From NCBI GenBank assembly GCA_934757865.1, contig CAKVLS010000004.1, positions 15,981 to 79,980 on the forward strand: a stretch of DNA of 64,000 nt, in the 5' to 3' direction. Positions 29,446 through 38,505 of the stretch are shown piece after piece; position 1 is the stretch's first letter, and each line of letters begins with the position of its first letter. The stretch is from an uncultured Clostridia bacterium. Its GTDB lineage: Bacteria; Bacillota; Clostridia; Christensenellales; UBA1242. The position numbers and the translations under genes are program-made. Below the pieces are notes generated by a model. The model was given only the letters and a program-made list of their open reading frames with translations, was not told where the DNA came from and did not search any database.

Positions 29446-29624
29446 AAAAATTTTCCTTTTTTTGTAAGATTTTATATTTTTAGTATAGCATATACTTTTT
29501 ATTTTTACAACAAAACTACTTTTAGAGAGCAAAATTTATGCAAATAATAATATAAATATTTGGTAATAGTATTTTGGTGTGCTATAATAAAGTTATCAAT
29601 TATGCATAAGTTTTAGGAGTAAAG

Positions 29625-30917
29625 ATGAAAAAAAAGACTTGGTATCCACTGGATAACGCAGCTAAACTTTATCCCGCAATAAGCGGTCCAAGAAGACCTA
29701 ACCTATTTAGTTATAGTGTTAGATTGACCGAAAATGTAGACAAAAACTTGCTTGAAAAAGCCGTTAATATGTTATTAGAAAACAACCCTGCTTTTAAGGT
29801 AAAGCTTAGAAGAGGTATTTTTTGGTATTATCTAGAAAAGAACTATAAGCCTTTTGTTGTCAAAGAAGAAATTCCAAATTATCTAGGCTACTTTGACTTT
29901 GACGAAGAGAACAATGGATACCTATTTAGAGTTTTTTATAAGTATAACAAAATTTCTATTGTTAACTTTCATGCTCTATCAGATGGCGATGGAATACTTT
30001 CATTTTTCAAAAGTATCATCGCTATGTACCTTAGTCTAAAAGGTTATAAAATTGATAGTGAAAATTTAATTAAACCTCTTGATGCTCCATACACTAACGC
30101 AAACAGTGAAGACTCTTTTAACAAAGAATATTTGAAAAAGTGCAAGAAGCCTGAAAAAGAAAAAAAGGCGTTCAAAGTTGACGGGACTCCTTTTGACTAT
30201 GACGGATATGGCATTATTACGGCAAAAATTGACCTAGAAGGCCTAAAAACCTTATGTAAGACTTACAATGCTACTATCACTGAGTATCTTGTAGGGCTAT
30301 ATATGTATACAGCATATAATGTGTATGTTAGAAATAAAAAGGTAAAAAATAAACTAATTAGCATATTAGTTCCTGCCAATATGCGCAAGCGTTATAACAG
30401 TGCTACCCTTCGAAATTTCTCACTTTTTATTAGACCAAAACATGACTTTGGGGTAAAGGAACTTAACCTAGAAGAGTGCATCGAAACATGCAAAAAACAA
30501 ATGAAGGAAGGGCTATCAAAAGAGCGTCTTGACGCGCTAATCCATGACAATGTCAAGGTAGAAAAGAACTTCTTCATGAAGATAGTTCCTTTGTTTATAA
30601 AAGATGCTGTTATCCGCATGGTATATAACTATGTGGGAGAAAATTTGCAAACAGGCAACATCAGTAATATAGGTATTGTAGAGCTACCACAAAGTATGCA
30701 AAAGTATGTTACAGATTTTACAATGGCAATCGCCCCAACATACACCTGCAAGCAGCAACTAGGAGCAATAACATATAACGGCAACTTGTACATTACCTCA
30801 GCAAGAGAATTTGTTGAGACAAACTTTGAAAGAGAGTTTTTCACTACTCTATCAAAAAATAATGTACATGTAGAAATCTTTAGCAACAACTGGGAGGCAA
30901 AAAATGAAACATTGTAA
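29625..30917 (+). CDS. condensation/alcohol-acetyltransferase-like acyltransferase
   Basis: RBS AGGAG. HxxxDG-type catalytic motif in NFHALSDGDG at about one third of the length, as in NRPS C-domain/WES/AATase folds. Confidence 0.6.
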   Translation: MKKKTWYPLDNAAKLYPAISGPRRPNLFSYSVRLTENVDKNLLEKAVNMLLENNPAFKVKLRRGIFWYYLEKNYKPFVVKEEIPNYLGYFDFDEENNGYLFRVFYKYNKISIVNFHALSDGDGILSFFKSIIAMYLSLKGYKIDSENLIKPLDAPYTNANSEDSFNKEYLKKCKKPEKEKKAFKVDGTPFDYDGYGIITAKIDLEGLKTLCKTYNATITEYLVGLYMYTAYNVYVRNKKVKNKLISILVPANMRKRYNSATLRNFSLFIRPKHDFGVKELNLEECIETCKKQMKEGLSKERLDALIHDNVKVEKNFFMKIVPLFIKDAVIRMVYNYVGENLQTGNISNIGIVELPQSMQKYVTDFTMAIAPTYTCKQQLGAITYNGNLYITSAREFVETNFEREFFTTLSKNNVHVEIFSNNWEAKNETL

Positions 30918-31575
30918 ATATTGTAATGTCGATGTCAGCACCAGTGAAAAGTATTGTCCACTGTGCTACAACATCTTAGAGGGCGATGACGAAAAGACAG
31001 TGGACTTTTATCAAAAGCGTCAATCTAATGACAAGACACATAAGACACATTATCTATTGTCAAAAATATTTTTTATGATAACGCTTGCAATAATTGCAAT
31101 ATGCGTATTTATCAATGTTCTTACTTGGGACGGAATAGTTTGGAGTTTGCTTGTAGGTGTTAGCATTGCATATGTCTGGATATTTGTCGCTCATACTATA
31201 CTTTCAAAAAGAAGCATCTTTGAAAAAATACTTCTTCAGCTTGTAGGTATAGTTGCTATAGTTGTCGTATGTAATATATTGTCAAAAGGTAATTGGCTAC
31301 TTAACTATGTATTACCATCTATTGAACTTGCAGCAGCGATTACACTTGCTTTTGTGACTTTTATACTACGAAACAAGTATAGAGTTATCTTACCATTTTT
31401 CTTGGTATATATTTTACTAATAGTTACTTCTATTGTCTTACTTGCTGTCAAAGCAGACACTTTTATGATACTTAGCGAAATAAATATAATAGTATGCGGA
31501 CTAGCAATAGTAGGCACACTTATCTTCGGGCACAAAACTCTAAAAACCGAACTTGCCAAAAAGTTCCATTTATAA
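30904..31575 (+). CDS. zinc-ribbon plus polytopic membrane protein (DUF6320-like)
   Basis: N-terminal CKYCN...CPLC ribbon followed by about 5 TM helices. RBS GGGAGG. Overlaps the preceding gene by 14 nt. Confidence 0.55.
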   Translation: MKHCKYCNVDVSTSEKYCPLCYNILEGDDEKTVDFYQKRQSNDKTHKTHYLLSKIFFMITLAIIAICVFINVLTWDGIVWSLLVGVSIAYVWIFVAHTILSKRSIFEKILLQLVGIVAIVVVCNILSKGNWLLNYVLPSIELAAAITLAFVTFILRNKYRVILPFFLVYILLIVTSIVLLAVKADTFMILSEINIIVCGLAIVGTLIFGHKTLKTELAKKFHL

Positions 31576-31660
31576 CCTCTAATGAAAATTGGACAATAAA
31601 TTCACAAAACTTAAACAATATAATATCGTAAGTTGTCCATCAGTATAAAAAGTGATAACA

Positions 31661-31693
31661 AAAAAAAGACTAGCGTATAACTAGTCTTTTTTT
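31661..31693. terminator. bidirectional terminator shared by the convergent units
   Basis: Stem AGACTAG (31667-31673) / CTAGTCT (31681-31687), with a 7-A run before and a T-run after. Confidence 0.75.
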
Positions 31694-32250
31694 ATTGCTA
31701 TTGACAATTCAAAATCAGGATACGACTTAGTGATAAACTCAAAATCATCACTTCTATCAAGTATGTCCTTGGTATTATAGAATACGCTTGACCCTTCGCA
31801 CTTAACAAGAGATTCCTTTTTGACAAAGTACTTAGTTAGCGTTCTACTATCAGGGCAGGACTTTTTCTCGCTATCATTTAGGATATAGTCTTTAAGCGAT
31901 GTATCTTTTATTATATCCTCTATATCTACGCCCACTTCTCTATCACATATCACGCAACATACAGCGCTGTCTGTGTGGCTAATGTTAAAGTAGCAACTAT
32001 CTATATAAGGTTTGCCATTTTTGTTATACGAATACTCAGGGAGCACTAGCGTCCCAAATCTATCATACAAAAGTTTAACCAAAAGCATATAACCTAGCGT
32101 TGATAGTATGTTACTAGTTTTGTTTTTGCTAAGTCTTTTTTGCATAGGCTCGCTAAAATACTTGTGCATCTTCTCAATAGTCAAGTCGTCCACACTAAGC
32201 GGATTAGTTAGCACCAAGCAATCGCAAAAGTTACAAGCAGCGTCTTTCAT
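31681..32250 (-). CDS. Sfp-type 4'-phosphopantetheinyl transferase
   Basis: FNISHTDS ... GVDIEDI and the W/KEA-like motif FVKKESLVK. 189 aa. Overlaps the upstream gene by 20 nt. Confidence 0.75.
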   Translation of the reverse strand: MKDAACNFCDCLVLTNPLSVDDLTIEKMHKYFSEPMQKRLSKNKTSNILSTLGYMLLVKLLYDRFGTLVLPEYSYNKNGKPYIDSCYFNISHTDSAVCCVICDREVGVDIEDIIKDTSLKDYILNDSEKKSCPDSRTLTKYFVKKESLVKCEGSSVFYNTKDILDRSDDFEFITKSYPDFELSIAIKKD

Positions 32251-33196
32251 AATTCTCTAACGCCTTATCAAGATTAACTGAATATTCTGTCCCTCTAAAA
32301 TCTGTAAGAGATGGACACTCAGCTTTTATATAATCAGCTAGATATTTTGTTATCTTTTGAGCACCTTGCAAATTAACATGCATGCCTTTATCTCTAAAGT
32401 CTTGCTCATAATCAAGACCGTAGCTCATGTGATTTTCGTTAAAGTCAATAAGGTCTATGCCCTCTTTCTTAATTAGTTTCAAAAGACCTTTTTGCTTAGA
32501 ATAATTCCAATTCTTTGTTGTAGGCATAACGACAAATGCAAGTTTGATATTATTCTTTTTGCATAACTTTATCATCTTTTTAATTTTTTGTTTGTTGTGC
32601 AATGTAAAGTTTGCCGCTTTTGACTTTGGGCTACCCATATAAGACTCATCGTTTGATACCTTAGTTATATCTTTACGCATATAGTAGCCTTTGCTGATAT
32701 CATAATATTTTGCATCTGTAGGTGCCGTGAAGAAGTCTTTTGCTTTTAGATTTTTCCAGCGAGAGTGATATGTATATATGTTATAAAATATTGGCAAGTC
32801 ATCAAAGATATTTGTTGTATTTCTACTATACAAACTCTCTGGGCTAATCAAAATCATCTTAGGATGATGAGTATTTATAAACTTTTCCATATTCCTATAG
32901 ATACCACTTGCACTCAAAGTATCAGGGTTATTTACGCCACAGTTATATGCCGAAAAGCCATATTCTTTGTATAGCTCCATAGGTATAAATCCGTTTTTAA
33001 CTTCTGAGCTTCCAAAGAAGCCAATCTCAACCTTGCCATTTTCTTTTGCGGTATAAGTTTGACCTTGCCAATACTTCTCTCCGCCTTTGTCTGTGTAACT
33101 TTTTGTGATCAAAATATTGTTAATATATAAAAGCATAAGAATAGGTATAAGTAAAATTATAAATACTTTTAGGGTTATAAGTAATGCTTTTTTCAT
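32231..33196 (-). CDS. DltD-like membrane-anchored SGNH-type acyl transfer protein
   Basis: N-terminal TM helix, the GSSE serine motif (FFGSSEV) and a C-terminal DKGMHVN block. The start at 33196 is 1 nt after the MBOAT stop; in-frame ATGs at 33211 and 33232 are alternatives. Confidence 0.55.
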   Translation of the reverse strand: MKKALLITLKVFIILLIPILMLLYINNILITKSYTDKGGEKYWQGQTYTAKENGKVEIGFFGSSEVKNGFIPMELYKEYGFSAYNCGVNNPDTLSASGIYRNMEKFINTHHPKMILISPESLYSRNTTNIFDDLPIFYNIYTYHSRWKNLKAKDFFTAPTDAKYYDISKGYYMRKDITKVSNDESYMGSPKSKAANFTLHNKQKIKKMIKLCKKNNIKLAFVVMPTTKNWNYSKQKGLLKLIKKEGIDLIDFNENHMSYGLDYEQDFRDKGMHVNLQGAQKITKYLADYIKAECPSLTDFRGTEYSVNLDKALENYERRCL

Positions 33197-33197
33197 A

Positions 33198-34766
33198 CTA
33201 GAACGCTCCATAAATAGGGTCTGGAGGTACATAACCTACTCCGTATGCCCCAAAAACTATTATTATAAACACATATACTTCAATAAGCACAATTCCCCAG
33301 AAGATAGATATCTTAAATAACTTTTCGTATATGTCGACTTTTAGATATTTCATTATTCCTACAGCTATAACAGGCACTAGACATACGCACATAGCAACTA
33401 TATCTTGCCAGTTGACAAGGTCGTTTGCGATTGAGGCTTTGCCTGGGCTAAAAATTCTGCCAAACATACCAAAAGCATCGTTAATAGTAACCGCTCTAAA
33501 TAGTAGCATACCAATACCAACCAAAATCGAGGTCTTAACAACTCTTAGAGCAAATAGAACTTTTGAATCAGCAGAAACATGAATCTTTTCGTACAGTTTC
33601 TTAAATAAAGGTTCAAGTAACATATGTAAAAACATAAGCACTAGATAATATACGCCATACAAAACATACTTAAAACTAGCGCCGTGCCACAATCCTGTCA
33701 AAAGCCAAACAGCACTCATAGATAGTACAGTAGGCACAAATACTTGCATAAAAGCGCCAAACTTAGTGTTTTTCTTATTTAGTTTTTGATACACAGGGCT
33801 CATTGATATTGGGTAAAAGACATAGTCTTTGAACCACCTACCAAGAGATATGTGCCACCTACTCCAAAACTCGCCAACATCTTGTGATAAAAATGGTGCG
33901 TTGAAGTTTTCTGCAAGATTGACACCAAACATATGGCTAACGCCTTGCGCCATATCTATACACCCCGAAAACTCGCAGAATAATTGTATAGTAAAGCAAA
34001 TAACTCCGCAAATAATCATAAATCCGTTGTAACTAGCATAATTTCTAAATATTTCGTCCGCTATAGCGCCCGCTCTTGGCACTATCATAATTAGCTTAAA
34101 GATACCAAAACAAATTCTTGCAAGTCCTTTTTTGATATTATTTGCATCAAAGTCTGTTCCGTCATATAGGCTATACGCTATCTCGTTATATTTGCTAAAA
34201 GGTCCTTCTAGTAATTGTGGAAAGTAGCAAACAAAAAGCCCTACTCTTAAGATATTTTTGTCCGCAGGGCAAACACCTCTATAAACATCTACTATATAGC
34301 TAATCGCTTGCAAGGTATAATAAGATATACCAAGAGGCAAAACTATACTTCTAAGAGGTATATTACCCGCTCCGCCAAATAGCCTTTCAATGCCATTAAA
34401 AATGCCAGCAAAAAAGTTGGCATACTTCAAAAATGCAAGTAAGCCAAGATTGATAATGATGGTACCAAATACGCACCATCTCTTTTTTACTTTATACTTT
34501 GCTTTTAGGGCTTTCTTCTGGTCTTTTTCTAAGCCTTCTTTTTTCTTCTCAAAGTCGCTCTGCAACTTACCTATCAAAAGTCCAAATAGATATATTGACA
34601 ATGCAGTGCCTATCATATAAAAAGCTAGTAGCCCACTATAAACAAACACCGCCGCCATACTTAGCACAAGTAGCACTATAAATCTAAATCTCTTAGGCAA
34701 AAGATAATATATGATAGTACCAAGAGCCGCAAAGATAAGGTAGTAGAATAAAAGTTCTGTACTCAA
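33198..34766 (-). CDS. MBOAT-family membrane O-acyltransferase (DltB/AlgI/PatA-like)
   Basis: Catalytic-His signature FWSRWHISLGRWFKDYVFYP and a later LWHG. 522 aa, with a Lys-rich cytoplasmic loop (KKKEGLEKDQKKALKAKYKVKKR). Confidence 0.85.
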   Translation of the reverse strand: MSTELLFYYLIFAALGTIIYYLLPKRFRFIVLLVLSMAAVFVYSGLLAFYMIGTALSIYLFGLLIGKLQSDFEKKKEGLEKDQKKALKAKYKVKKRWCVFGTIIINLGLLAFLKYANFFAGIFNGIERLFGGAGNIPLRSIVLPLGISYYTLQAISYIVDVYRGVCPADKNILRVGLFVCYFPQLLEGPFSKYNEIAYSLYDGTDFDANNIKKGLARICFGIFKLIMIVPRAGAIADEIFRNYASYNGFMIICGVICFTIQLFCEFSGCIDMAQGVSHMFGVNLAENFNAPFLSQDVGEFWSRWHISLGRWFKDYVFYPISMSPVYQKLNKKNTKFGAFMQVFVPTVLSMSAVWLLTGLWHGASFKYVLYGVYYLVLMFLHMLLEPLFKKLYEKIHVSADSKVLFALRVVKTSILVGIGMLLFRAVTINDAFGMFGRIFSPGKASIANDLVNWQDIVAMCVCLVPVIAVGIMKYLKVDIYEKLFKISIFWGIVLIEVYVFIIIVFGAYGVGYVPPDPIYGAF

Positions 34767-34768
34767 AA

Positions 34769-34993
34769 TTAATCTTCCAATTTTTCAACAAGTTTTTTGA
34801 TAGCGGCTACAGAGTTAAAGTTTTCTGGTAGCATATCCATAGGAGTGATCTCAATATCAAACTCATCATTTAGTTTCATAACAAGTTTCAAAATATTGAT
34901 AGATGTTAGTATTCTGTCATCAACAAGTGCTGTTTGTTTCTCAACATCAACATCTGGTAAAATCTCTTTTAGTATTTTTGTAATCTCTTCCAT
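34769..34993 (-). CDS. DltC-like acyl/aminoacyl carrier protein
   Basis: 74 aa, acidic. LVDDRILTSINILKLV aligns by eye to DltC EEGLLDSFGTVELL, placing Ser at the phosphopantetheine site. Confidence 0.7.
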   Translation of the reverse strand: MEEITKILKEILPDVDVEKQTALVDDRILTSINILKLVMKLNDEFDIEITPMDMLPENFNSVAAIKKLVEKLED

Positions 34994-35002
34994 AATAATT
35001 CC

Positions 35003-36502
35003 CTACTTTATATATGTATTTTTTAACGCCTTTCTGTCTACTTTTCCATTGGCGTTGTATGGTAAAAGTTGCTCTTTATAAACTTTTGCTGGCATCATAT
35101 AATAAACTAGTTTTTTATTAAGTGTCGCCATCAATTCGTCCACTTTGATTCTGCCGGTGTATATAAGCACTATTTCATCGTTTTTGTCATCAAATAGGCA
35201 AACGGCATCTTGCACCTTCTCAATAGCTACGATGGTGTTTTCTATTTCGCCTAGTTCTATTCTATAACCCATATGTTTAATCTGGTAATCTGCTCTACCG
35301 CAAAATTCCATTTCGCCATACTTGTTGTACTTGACTAAATCGCCAGTCTTGTATACAACCTCTGGATAGTCACTTTGAATAGGATTTTGGACAAAGTTTT
35401 CTTTATTCTTAGCGTCATTTTTGTAATAACCATGAGCTAAGAAGCTACCTCTAATATATAGCTCGCCCATCTCATCTTGAGCTGTAACTCTTTTGCCATC
35501 ACTTACTATCATGCAATCACAATTTCGGCAAGCTATACCTATAGGCAAACTCTCGTCATTTCTAAACTTTCTATTAACCTCATAGTAACAGCATATATCA
35601 GTTGCTTCTGTTGGTCCAAATAAGTTGTAGTACTTGACGCCTTTTAGGTTGTTTCTCCAATAGTTAAGAGGTTTATTGTGCATTACTTCGCCCGCAAAAA
35701 GTACTTTTTTAAGGTGTTCTGGCTTTTGATACTTAAACATATCAATATTTGCCATGATGCTAATAGCAGATGGTACCCAATAGATTGTATTGACTTTTTG
35801 CTCGTTCATGAATTGTATTGCTTTTAGCGGAAAGGCAAAATATTTAGTTGGGATAATTACATAAGTCGCCCCAGCAAAAATAGTTGCAAAAAAGTCAGAC
35901 ACTGACATACTGAAATATAGTGGCGTTTGGCTACCAAAAACAGTCTTGTTGTTTATTCTAAATGTATCTATAAACCACTCAATATAACTTATAACATTGC
36001 CATGACTAAGCACTGTGCCCTTTGGAACGCCAGTTGAGCCTGATGTAAATAGTATATAAAGTGGGTCGGTACTAATAATATCATCAAGATTTGCAGAGTT
36101 TTTTGCTTCTACGCAGTCATCAATACAAATTACATTTTTTGATTCAAAGTTTTGGCAAAAGTTGTCTTTTGTATCCTTAGAAACTATAACAGCACTTGGG
36201 CTCAAAACATCAAGTATCTTATCTAATCTATCTTTTGGTGAGTGAGTATCTAGCACAGTGTAGACATTGCCACTATACACAGCACCCATCATTGCCGCCG
36301 TAAGATCGCATGATCTATCTATAAATAAAGCAATATTTTTGTGCTTTTCGCCGTTTAGACTCCCAAAAATACTGCTCGCAATTTTCTTAGCTTTATCTTT
36401 TAGCTCGCCAAATGTAAGGCTAGAACTTTCATCTACAATAGCAACTTTGTTATAATTTTTTGCTACCGTCTTCTCAAAATAATTTATGATATTGTTTAGC
36501 AT
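35003..36502 (-). CDS. DltA-like stand-alone adenylation enzyme (ANL family)
   Basis: Core motifs TSGSTGVPKG, GPTEAT, YKTGDL, GRADYQIKHMGYRIELGEIE and NGKVDRK. At 499 aa it is DltA-sized. Confidence 0.85.
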   Translation of the reverse strand: MLNNIINYFEKTVAKNYNKVAIVDESSSLTFGELKDKAKKIASSIFGSLNGEKHKNIALFIDRSCDLTAAMMGAVYSGNVYTVLDTHSPKDRLDKILDVLSPSAVIVSKDTKDNFCQNFESKNVICIDDCVEAKNSANLDDIISTDPLYILFTSGSTGVPKGTVLSHGNVISYIEWFIDTFRINNKTVFGSQTPLYFSMSVSDFFATIFAGATYVIIPTKYFAFPLKAIQFMNEQKVNTIYWVPSAISIMANIDMFKYQKPEHLKKVLFAGEVMHNKPLNYWRNNLKGVKYYNLFGPTEATDICCYYEVNRKFRNDESLPIGIACRNCDCMIVSDGKRVTAQDEMGELYIRGSFLAHGYYKNDAKNKENFVQNPIQSDYPEVVYKTGDLVKYNKYGEMEFCGRADYQIKHMGYRIELGEIENTIVAIEKVQDAVCLFDDKNDEIVLIYTGRIKVDELMATLNKKLVYYMMPAKVYKEQLLPYNANGKVDRKALKNTYIK

Positions 36503-36523
36503 AACCCTTTATCTCTACTTTTC

Positions 36524-36552
36524 ATTATACAAGCCTATATTATATATGTCAA
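36524..36552 (-). promoter_or_regulatory. consensus sigma-A promoter of the Dlt-like operon
   Basis: Minus strand reads TTGACA (36552-36547), 17 nt, TATAAT (36529-36524). About 22 nt upstream of the start codon. Confidence 0.65.
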
Positions 36553-36687
36553 ACTCATATGGCTAAAAATATACAATCGTGCAGTTTTTGCCCATTTTTA
36601 TGTGAATTTGAGGCGTTTTTGGCACAAAAATGCAAATTTTCTATAACTAATACAATGCTGTATTTTGTCGTATTTAATAAAATGCAA

Positions 36688-36724
36688 CAAAAAAACTAGC
36701 CGTTATTTTGGCTAGTTTTTTTTA
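36688..36724 (-). terminator. terminator after the AcnX small-subunit gene
   Basis: Stem CTAGCC (36696-36701) / GGCTAG (36710-36715) between A- and T-runs. Confidence 0.75.
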
Positions 36725-36757
36725 GATTGTTATCTATACTATTATGTTATCTATATA

Positions 36758-37216
36758 TTATTTATCTTCTTTGATAACGGTAACAGTACCATCTTGAGCT
36801 ATTTCAATTTTGTCGCCAGTTTCTACATATTTTAAGAATTTGTCGCCTAGTCTATCAATAGCTATGATTGGGCTGTTTTCCCAGTTACGAGCAAGGATAA
36901 TACCTGAGCATGCTAGAGAGTCAATATCCTCAGAAAATAGCATTGCGCTTGGGTTAATCTTCATAGAACAAACTGTTTGGATAACAAGTCCGCCTGTTGT
37001 AGAACCTATAGTTTTTGGCAAGCATAAAATTTTGCCTGTTAGGTTCTTTTTATAGATATCTGGGTTGTTTTGGTCAGATGCAATTACTTGCTTAGCGTTT
37101 TTTAGAGCGCTCTTTTGGAAAGTAGCAAGTGTGTTAACACCTTGTCTTGATACGATAGCTTCGCCTTTTAGCTCGCCGCCACCTATTACTCTACCCTTAA
37201 AAGTCTTAGTACTCAT
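36758..37216 (-). CDS. aconitase X swivel-domain protein (DUF126), small subunit
   Basis: GKILCLPKTIGSTTGG segment typical of DUF126. Start trimmed to the ATG at 37216, after AAGGAGGG and 1 nt past the large-subunit stop. Confidence 0.75.
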   Translation of the reverse strand: MSTKTFKGRVIGGGELKGEAIVSRQGVNTLATFQKSALKNAKQVIASDQNNPDIYKKNLTGKILCLPKTIGSTTGGLVIQTVCSMKINPSAMLFSEDIDSLACSGIILARNWENSPIIAIDRLGDKFLKYVETGDKIEIAQDGTVTVIKEDK

Positions 37217-37217
37217 A

Positions 37218-38495
37218 TTATTTACCCTCCTTGCCTGTGATAATATTAAGTATATCTTCATCTTTATAATATCTAGCAGAAGAATATGTTCTTAGTTTGT
37301 TAGAAGAAGTGATGATTGGAGCTTTGCCAGCTATTGGGTTGTTGGTGTACATTAGCGGACAGATAGAAGAAACTCTAACTCCAGTCTTAACTAGCTCTTT
37401 ATATAGATCAGTCTTTTCAAACTCTTTGCGAATAGCTGGGCTAGTAGTTAAGATTGTTCTTACTCTTACCTTCGACTTTCCGCTCTCTTTTAGGCCATTT
37501 AGAATATTGTTAGCCCAAGAGTGAAGTTGCGAAGTTGTAAGATGTGGACAGCCTATAAAGCATAGTTTTGGCTTTGCATCTTTGTTCTTCCAAAGGATTG
37601 GATATGACTTATAAACTCTCTCAATCTCAGCATCATCAATAACATAAGTTTTTGCTTTGTCTTTGATTAAAGTTTTCTTTAGCTCTTTTGCTTCTGGGGT
37701 CAAGTTGTCAACATGGTATAGACCAACTGCACCATTTGAAGCACTAGCAGCGCCCATATCTTTTAGATATGCCTTAGCGTTGTCGTCTAGCTTCTTGCCA
37801 AGGAATTTATCAAGGCCAACGATGTATGGAACATCTTCCATAACTTTAAGGCCTATTGCACTACCTAGTATTTGAGCCTCAGGAAGTTTAGAAGTCTTAA
37901 CCTCTATTACCCAGTCAGCTTTTCTACCCTCATCAGTAAGTAGTCCAAATTCTGGAACTTTACCAACGATAGCTGAGAAAATATCTAGCATACCGCTATT
38001 TCTGTTGCATCTAGCACCAAGTACTGAGTTAGCATATACAACTGCAGAACTCTCTGCCCAAGAAAGAATATCGCCTTTCTTAGGAGTGTTGCCTACTTCG
38101 TCTAGGTAACAAGTACATGTAAAGCCGTCAGTAGTTTTTAGACCAAGCTTCTTTAGTTGCTCTTCGTATCTAGCTTGTTGGCTGTACATAATTTTGCTAA
38201 AAATTAGTTTGTTTAGAATATTACATTTTACATTTTTGTAATCGATAGGTCTTGGGTCTACGGTAAATGGGTATTTAGTTTTTAGGCCAGCAGCGATTAG
38301 CTCGTCCATTGTTCTAAATAGTGGTTTTAGTAGTCCAATACCAAAAGATGTTACAAGGTGTCCGTCATGAGTTACTGGGACAAGTCTTTTTGCTCCAAAA
38401 GCGTCACCAAACTCAACGATTGTTTTCATAACTTTGGCAAGAGTTTCGCCTTGTTTTCCGTCAAGTATCTCTTGCTCTTCTTTAGTTAGTTTCAT
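37218..38495 (-). CDS. aconitase X catalytic-domain protein (DUF521), large subunit
   Basis: The N-terminus MKLTKEEQEILDGKQGETLAKVMK is characteristic of DUF521/AcnX. 425 aa with several conserved-looking Cys. Confidence 0.75.
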   Translation of the reverse strand: MKLTKEEQEILDGKQGETLAKVMKTIVEFGDAFGAKRLVPVTHDGHLVTSFGIGLLKPLFRTMDELIAAGLKTKYPFTVDPRPIDYKNVKCNILNKLIFSKIMYSQQARYEEQLKKLGLKTTDGFTCTCYLDEVGNTPKKGDILSWAESSAVVYANSVLGARCNRNSGMLDIFSAIVGKVPEFGLLTDEGRKADWVIEVKTSKLPEAQILGSAIGLKVMEDVPYIVGLDKFLGKKLDDNAKAYLKDMGAASASNGAVGLYHVDNLTPEAKELKKTLIKDKAKTYVIDDAEIERVYKSYPILWKNKDAKPKLCFIGCPHLTTSQLHSWANNILNGLKESGKSKVRVRTILTTSPAIRKEFEKTDLYKELVKTGVRVSSICPLMYTNNPIAGKAPIITSSNKLRTYSSARYYKDEDILNIITGKEGK

Positions 38496-38505
38496 TTATT
38501 TCCTC

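Noticed and set aside
36553-36687. Possible riboswitch or leader upstream of the Dlt-like operon
   Set aside because: The consensus promoter lies only about 22 nt from the start codon, so this 135-bp stretch is upstream of the likely transcription start. I noticed no conserved riboswitch-like helices.
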